Below are positions 25,348 to 29,461 of a stretch of 29,461 nt of DNA, piece after piece. The position numbers were made by a program, and so were the translations under genes. The first letter of the stretch is position 1. The number at the start of each line of letters is the position of its first letter. This DNA comes from an uncultured archaeon (GTDB taxonomy: Archaea > Asgardarchaeota > Heimdallarchaeia > Heimdallarchaeales > Heimdallarchaeaceae), in assembly GCA_964549075.1 (NCBI GenBank), contig CAZJUB010000030.1:1-29461 (forward strand). The letters run 5' to 3'. A model generated the notes under the pieces. It searched no databases. It was not told where the DNA came from and saw nothing but the letters and a program-made list of their open reading frames with translations.

Positions 25348-26538
25348 GTGATAAAAATTAGTGATATGGACAAAATTCACGATTTAAAAATCTCACCATT
25401 TCATGTTCCATTTCTCAGAGATTTAGGAATAAAAGTTGTTTCTATGATTGTATTTGATATTATTTATGGACCTGTTTGTTATTTGAAAGAACTTTCTCGT
25501 TCGAATTTTGGTGACAAATTAAAAGATGTAAGCTCTCTTTCTGAGATTTATACTGGCTTTGCAAGAACTAATGCTGATGTTATAACAAGCTTGGAAGAGA
25601 GAATAGTAATTGGTAGATATGTTTCTATTCAAGAAGAAGTAGAAAACATTGTTGTCCTTCTATTTGTTTGTGTTCCTTCAGCCAATCTTGATAAATTAAC
25701 TAAATACTCACGTTCACTCTCAGAAAGAACTAAAGGTAATCCTAAGCTATTTGATGATGCTTTAACACAGTTAATCGATGCTGAAAAATCTGCTGCTCAT
25801 ACAATCCCACTTACTAAAGATGGTGCTACTATACGCGGATTGGTGATTAATGATAAATCAAAAGTTTCTGGGAATGAATTCAATAATTTCTACGGTTTTC
25901 TGTTTATACCTTATCATAAAGCAATTATGGATGGTAGGTTCTTCCCAAAAATGATTGAAGGGAAAAAAATAGAGTTTACTCATATTTTTAGATTCATTGA
26001 TACTCAAAAAAATGAAGCAGATTTGAGAGGAGGAGATTTAATTAGCTTGTATTATAAAGGTTTAGAACTACTTGTTTATCGACATAACGAAAAAGATGCG
26101 ATAATGGTTGGTGCTAAAAAACCTAATAGCAAAATCAACTACTCTTATATTGATGATTGGTTTACACTTCTTTTCAATTCTTATATAAATATTCCAGGCG
26201 AAAGTACTGAAAAATCTACAATAGAAGCAATAGCTTATCTAGACAAAAATATATCTAAAAAACCCAAAAAATTCATTTCACCTGAGATAATGGATCTTCT
26301 TATCAATTCTGAAAATGATTGTCCGGAATTATCAGTTCCTTCTAGAGAAATTCAACTGATAGGCTCTATAACACTTGAGCAAAAATATCAGCTGTTTTTA
26401 GACAATTTAGAGAAAATGAAAGGAAACATGTCAATCTATGATTTAAGCCAGGATCTTTCTGTACCACTTTCTTCTGTAATCGAATTTATTATCTTCTTGA
26501 AATCAAGAGGATTTATTGATGTTTATAGAAAAAAATGA
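25348..26538 (+). CDS. uDENN/longin-like protein with C-terminal winged helix (NPRL2-like architecture)
   Basis: VSMIVFDIIYGPVCY is a longin/uDENN-type start. C-terminus P-x-L...MKGNMSIYDLSQDLSVPLSSVIEFIIFLKSRGFIDV is a winged helix. Start is GTG 25348 or ATG 25366. Confidence 0.55.
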   Translation: MIKISDMDKIHDLKISPFHVPFLRDLGIKVVSMIVFDIIYGPVCYLKELSRSNFGDKLKDVSSLSEIYTGFARTNADVITSLEERIVIGRYVSIQEEVENIVVLLFVCVPSANLDKLTKYSRSLSERTKGNPKLFDDALTQLIDAEKSAAHTIPLTKDGATIRGLVINDKSKVSGNEFNNFYGFLFIPYHKAIMDGRFFPKMIEGKKIEFTHIFRFIDTQKNEADLRGGDLISLYYKGLELLVYRHNEKDAIMVGAKKPNSKINYSYIDDWFTLLFNSYINIPGESTEKSTIEAIAYLDKNISKKPKKFISPEIMDLLINSENDCPELSVPSREIQLIGSITLEQKYQLFLDNLEKMKGNMSIYDLSQDLSVPLSSVIEFIIFLKSRGFIDVYRKK

Positions 26539-26638
26539 AGACAATATAAATTCTACTTTCATTTGAGAACTACAACAAGAATTAAATTTGATAAAAGATT
26601 TTTATATTTATAACAGTTCCAACTACAAGGTGCAAGAA

Positions 26639-27640
26639 ATGAATAAATTTTCCCTTAAATTTGAAACAACCGAGGAGGAAATTTCTCAATTATTAGATGG
26701 ATTGCTCAAATTGGCAGCTTATAAGGCTTCTGAGATGTTAAAAGATTTAGGAGTATATGAAATACTAAATCGACCACGATCACCAGAAGAGATTTTTCAT
26801 ATGCTAAATTTTAATTCATTGGATGTTGAATTTTCCAAAATTTTTGAATTGCTAGCAAATCAAGAATTATTAACAAAACAGGGAGAGTTTTATGGAGATA
26901 GCCCAAGGAGAGAATATCTTGAAATAACTTATCAAGAAAATTACAAATCTGCTAATAATAGATTTCTCGCACCAATTGATTCTTTTATTAATAAAAATAT
27001 TAGAAAATATAAATCTATTCTAAAAGGGGAACAAGGTAAACTGTCAGAGTCTGAATACATTCAGTCAGTCGATTCATTATTCAGTACTGAATTGATGTAT
27101 CTAATTAGAGATTTGTATTATAAGAGTTTAAAGCTCAGATTGCCTATATTTGATTTAAAAGAGAGAATCAAGGTTCTCAACTGGGGAGTTGGTTCTGGAT
27201 ATGAAAGTCTGCATTTTGCTGATTATTTTGGAGATAAAGTGTCTGTTATTAGCTTTGAGCCACCTAACGCTCTGAATAGGTGTCAAGTTCTCCAAGATAT
27301 TTATGAAATCTATAACGTTGATTTTATTCCAAGAGATGAAATACAATTTGAAGGTCTAAATAATTCCATAGATTTATATCTTGGCTCAAAATTTCTCTTT
27401 AAAACTGATGAAAAGTTGTACATCAGCACTATTCAATCAGTTCTAAATAAAGAGGGATATCTGACTTTTAGAATGATCCCGCAACTCAATTTATCATTAG
27501 ATTGGCTTTTGAGTATATATGATCCATTCTTTCTAGAACTTGAAAAACAATCTCATATTGCAAAATTGAAACATTATGGGATATCAAATGAGAAATATAT
27601 AGGATTAGCTAATTCATTTATACTTATGCAAAAAATTTGA
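26639..27640 (+). CDS. Class I SAM-dependent methyltransferase-like protein with N-terminal winged helix (divergent)
   Basis: LKDLGVYEIL..PRSPEEI is a wHTH-type N-terminus; motif I-like VLNWGVGSG, motif II-like ISFEP, post-motif VLNKEGYL. ATG 26639 is preferred over TTG 26588. Confidence 0.65.
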   Translation: MNKFSLKFETTEEEISQLLDGLLKLAAYKASEMLKDLGVYEILNRPRSPEEIFHMLNFNSLDVEFSKIFELLANQELLTKQGEFYGDSPRREYLEITYQENYKSANNRFLAPIDSFINKNIRKYKSILKGEQGKLSESEYIQSVDSLFSTELMYLIRDLYYKSLKLRLPIFDLKERIKVLNWGVGSGYESLHFADYFGDKVSVISFEPPNALNRCQVLQDIYEIYNVDFIPRDEIQFEGLNNSIDLYLGSKFLFKTDEKLYISTIQSVLNKEGYLTFRMIPQLNLSLDWLLSIYDPFFLELEKQSHIAKLKHYGISNEKYIGLANSFILMQKI

Positions 27641-27649
27641 AAGGGAGAA

Positions 27650-28789
27650 TTAACTCTTCCCTTCTTTACCTAAATTAGTTTTCTTTGTTAGCTCTGGAAC
27701 AATTTGTAAAAATGGAACTATAGCATTAGCAATTGAAGAGAATGCATCTTCTTTATTCCCTGTCACTATCATCTGGTCTATCTCAAGATTTTGATAAATC
27801 TCAGGTAATTTGTCTATGATCATCTCTTGGAATAATCTCGCATCGGATTTAGCAAGAGCTTCAATACGCTTTAAAATACCTTCAGCTTCAGCAGTTTTAG
27901 CTTCTCTAATAGCAGCAGCATCACCACGTGCTCTAGATTCCATCTCAAATTGTTTAGCTTCAGCTAATTGCTTAATTTTTGATGCTTCTGCACTCGCTTC
28001 AATCTGAATTTTAGTCTGAAAAGTCTGTGCTTCAACTTCTGTACGTTTCTTCTCAAGCTCTTGTACCTTGATTTCCTTATCTTTCTGTTTGGATTCAACA
28101 TCCAAACCAACTTCTTGTTGCTCGATTCCCACTTTTCTGTTGACTTCCAGATCTCGTAATTTTGTGATTTCTTCCATTTCAGCATTTTTCAGTCTAGCTA
28201 GTTTTTCTTGCTCTATTTTCATTATAGCACTTACATTTGCTTTCAAATTTGGATCTATAATCTCTATATCTCTGATTTCACAACTTTCTACTAGCATTCC
28301 CCAATCTTTAGTTAAAGAGTGTAATTCTTTTGTAACTGCTTCAATAATCGCTTGTCGGTCTCTGATAATCTTTTCTAAAGGCATATTAGCGCAAGTTGTA
28401 CGAATTATACTTTCAGCTGCATTTTTGATGATATTTTCAATATAAGCGTCATCGGATTTATTCCAAGCAGTTCTAGAAAAAGCTACCTCTGGATCTATTA
28501 CACGCCAAAATACAAATGCAGTAACACTGATCTCTTGAAATTCTCTTGATAATACTTTCTCTTTGGCTTCTAAGAAAGTGGACTGGGTAGTTACCGGAAC
28601 TACACTTACTTCATCAATCAGAGGAATAACAACTGCTCTTCCACCAATGCCTGCTTTAATAACTCGCCCATTTCTAAAATGAATCATGTAAGTATCTGAA
28701 GTGAATTTTCGATATCTTGATGCATAAAATAATAAGAACAGGACTAAAACTATCACTAGTCCTACTGGTAACCAAATATACCACATCAT
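27650..28789 (-). CDS. SPFH/flotillin family membrane-microdomain protein
   Basis: N-terminal TM; SPFH core (V.A.VFWRVIDPE, ESIIR, DR, WGMLVES.EIRDI); AE/EA-rich coiled coil (KTAEAEG). Confidence 0.9.
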   Translation of the reverse strand: MMWYIWLPVGLVIVLVLFLLFYASRYRKFTSDTYMIHFRNGRVIKAGIGGRAVVIPLIDEVSVVPVTTQSTFLEAKEKVLSREFQEISVTAFVFWRVIDPEVAFSRTAWNKSDDAYIENIIKNAAESIIRTTCANMPLEKIIRDRQAIIEAVTKELHSLTKDWGMLVESCEIRDIEIIDPNLKANVSAIMKIEQEKLARLKNAEMEEITKLRDLEVNRKVGIEQQEVGLDVESKQKDKEIKVQELEKKRTEVEAQTFQTKIQIEASAEASKIKQLAEAKQFEMESRARGDAAAIREAKTAEAEGILKRIEALAKSDARLFQEMIIDKLPEIYQNLEIDQMIVTGNKEDAFSSIANAIVPFLQIVPELTKKTNLGKEGKS

Positions 28790-29064
28790 GTCTTGTCATA
28801 CCCTCGTTTCTTTTGTAGGTGTGAAATTATCTCGCATGGGGGCTTTTTAAGGTTTCCAAATAAAAGTGATGAAATAAGGTATTTTGCTAGCAATATTTTC
28901 AATTTTAAAAAAGATTGGTTTAACTAGGCTCATATGTTCTTTTTCTCTTGTTTAGTCCTTAGAAAAATTCGGTTTTTTTATTTCAATCACCTAATGGCAA
29001 AGATTTTTATTGTTTTTTTTCTATATTTATATTTAGGTTTCTAATCAAATAGTAAACCTATAAA

Positions 29065-29070
29065 AGGTGA
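29065..29070 (+). promoter_or_regulatory. Shine-Dalgarno AGGTGA
   Basis: Archaeal SD consensus 5 nt upstream of ATG 29076. Confidence 0.6.
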
Positions 29071-29075
29071 AATTT

Positions 29076-29461
29076 ATGAATAAGAAAATACTTGCGGCAC
29101 TTGTTATTATAACTGCATTAACATTTGTACCGTTTACAACTAAAGCTGATGTACCTTATGGAGAATTAGGGTTTTCTGATGATATTGTTCCAGGAGCTGA
29201 GTTCGAATGGAAAGTAGCTCAATTCGACGCTACAGGAGATTTTGCTCCATATACTTCTGATGCTACTCTCGGTGGGGAACTACTTAGTGAAGGATATACT
29301 ATCAAAATTGTAGTTACTGAAGATCCTGATAATGCTACTGGTGATTGGTTTGAATTATACTTAAATGATAATCTAGTTACTGGAGATCCATACGATTTCT
29401 CATTTGAATTTGGTTACGGTTACGGTATTGGTACCTTCTTTATTAACCCAATAACATATAC
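29076..29461 (+). CDS. Secreted/surface protein, 5' partial (runs off window)
   Basis: Manual translation MNKKILAALVIITALTFVPFTTKA-DVPYGELGFSDDIVPGAEFEWKV...; Sec signal peptide ending TKA, acidic mature part, open to the window end; missing from the ORF track. Confidence 0.8.
   Translation, partial: MNKKILAALVIITALTFVPFTTKADVPYGELGFSDDIVPGAEFEWKVAQFDATGDFAPYTSDATLGGELLSEGYTIKIVVTEDPDNATGDWFELYLNDNLVTGDPYDFSFEFGYGYGIGTFFINPITY

Noticed and set aside
6379-26638. Upstream starts given by the ORF track (6379, 8906, 21509, 24489, 26588)
   Set aside because: The extensions read like AT-rich intergenic sequence; family motifs begin just after downstream ATGs.
1090-28445. Short antisense or nested ORFs in the track (1090, 2472, 3141, 5544, 9503, 12509, 16608, 17022, 18394, 19323, 19875, 20558, 21251, 21784, 22745, 22800, 24245, 27155, 27810, 27964, 28068)
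   Set aside because: They overlap well-supported genes, have shadow-like composition and show no motifs.
25242-28928. TTAACTAGG present in two intergenic regions (25242-25250, 28920-28928)
   Set aside because: A 9-mer, non-palindromic, two copies in AT-rich DNA; compatible with chance.
1-29461. CRISPR arrays, tRNA/rRNA, IS elements, defence islands
   Set aside because: No repeat-spacer pattern, GC-rich structured segment, transposase/integrase or defence nuclease motif seen. The helicase and HD protein match housekeeping families rather than Cas3.

Overview
AT-rich, gene-dense archaeal chromosomal segment of about 29 genes, most consistent with an Asgard archaeon (Heimdallarchaeia-like). 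The evidence is archaeal-type housekeeping genes (short purA, porGDAB cluster, archaea-specific Ski2-like helicase, Nnr, CitG-family), TATA boxes about 22-27 nt before start codons, and a high density of eukaryote-like membrane/trafficking genes. These are a Rab-like GTPase, a probable CCDC47 (PAT complex) homolog, an OST5/TMEM258-like miniprotein, a multi-longin protein coupled to an IFT52/GIFT-domain protein, an NPRL2/uDENN-like longin-winged helix protein, a Zn-finger-PCI-like protein, an AN1-finger M50 pseudoprotease and a flotillin. The first 250 bp carry two apparent lesions (an in-frame TAA and a -1 frameshift). No rRNA, tRNA, CRISPR array or mobile element was recognised. All family calls come from motif recognition by eye, not database searches.
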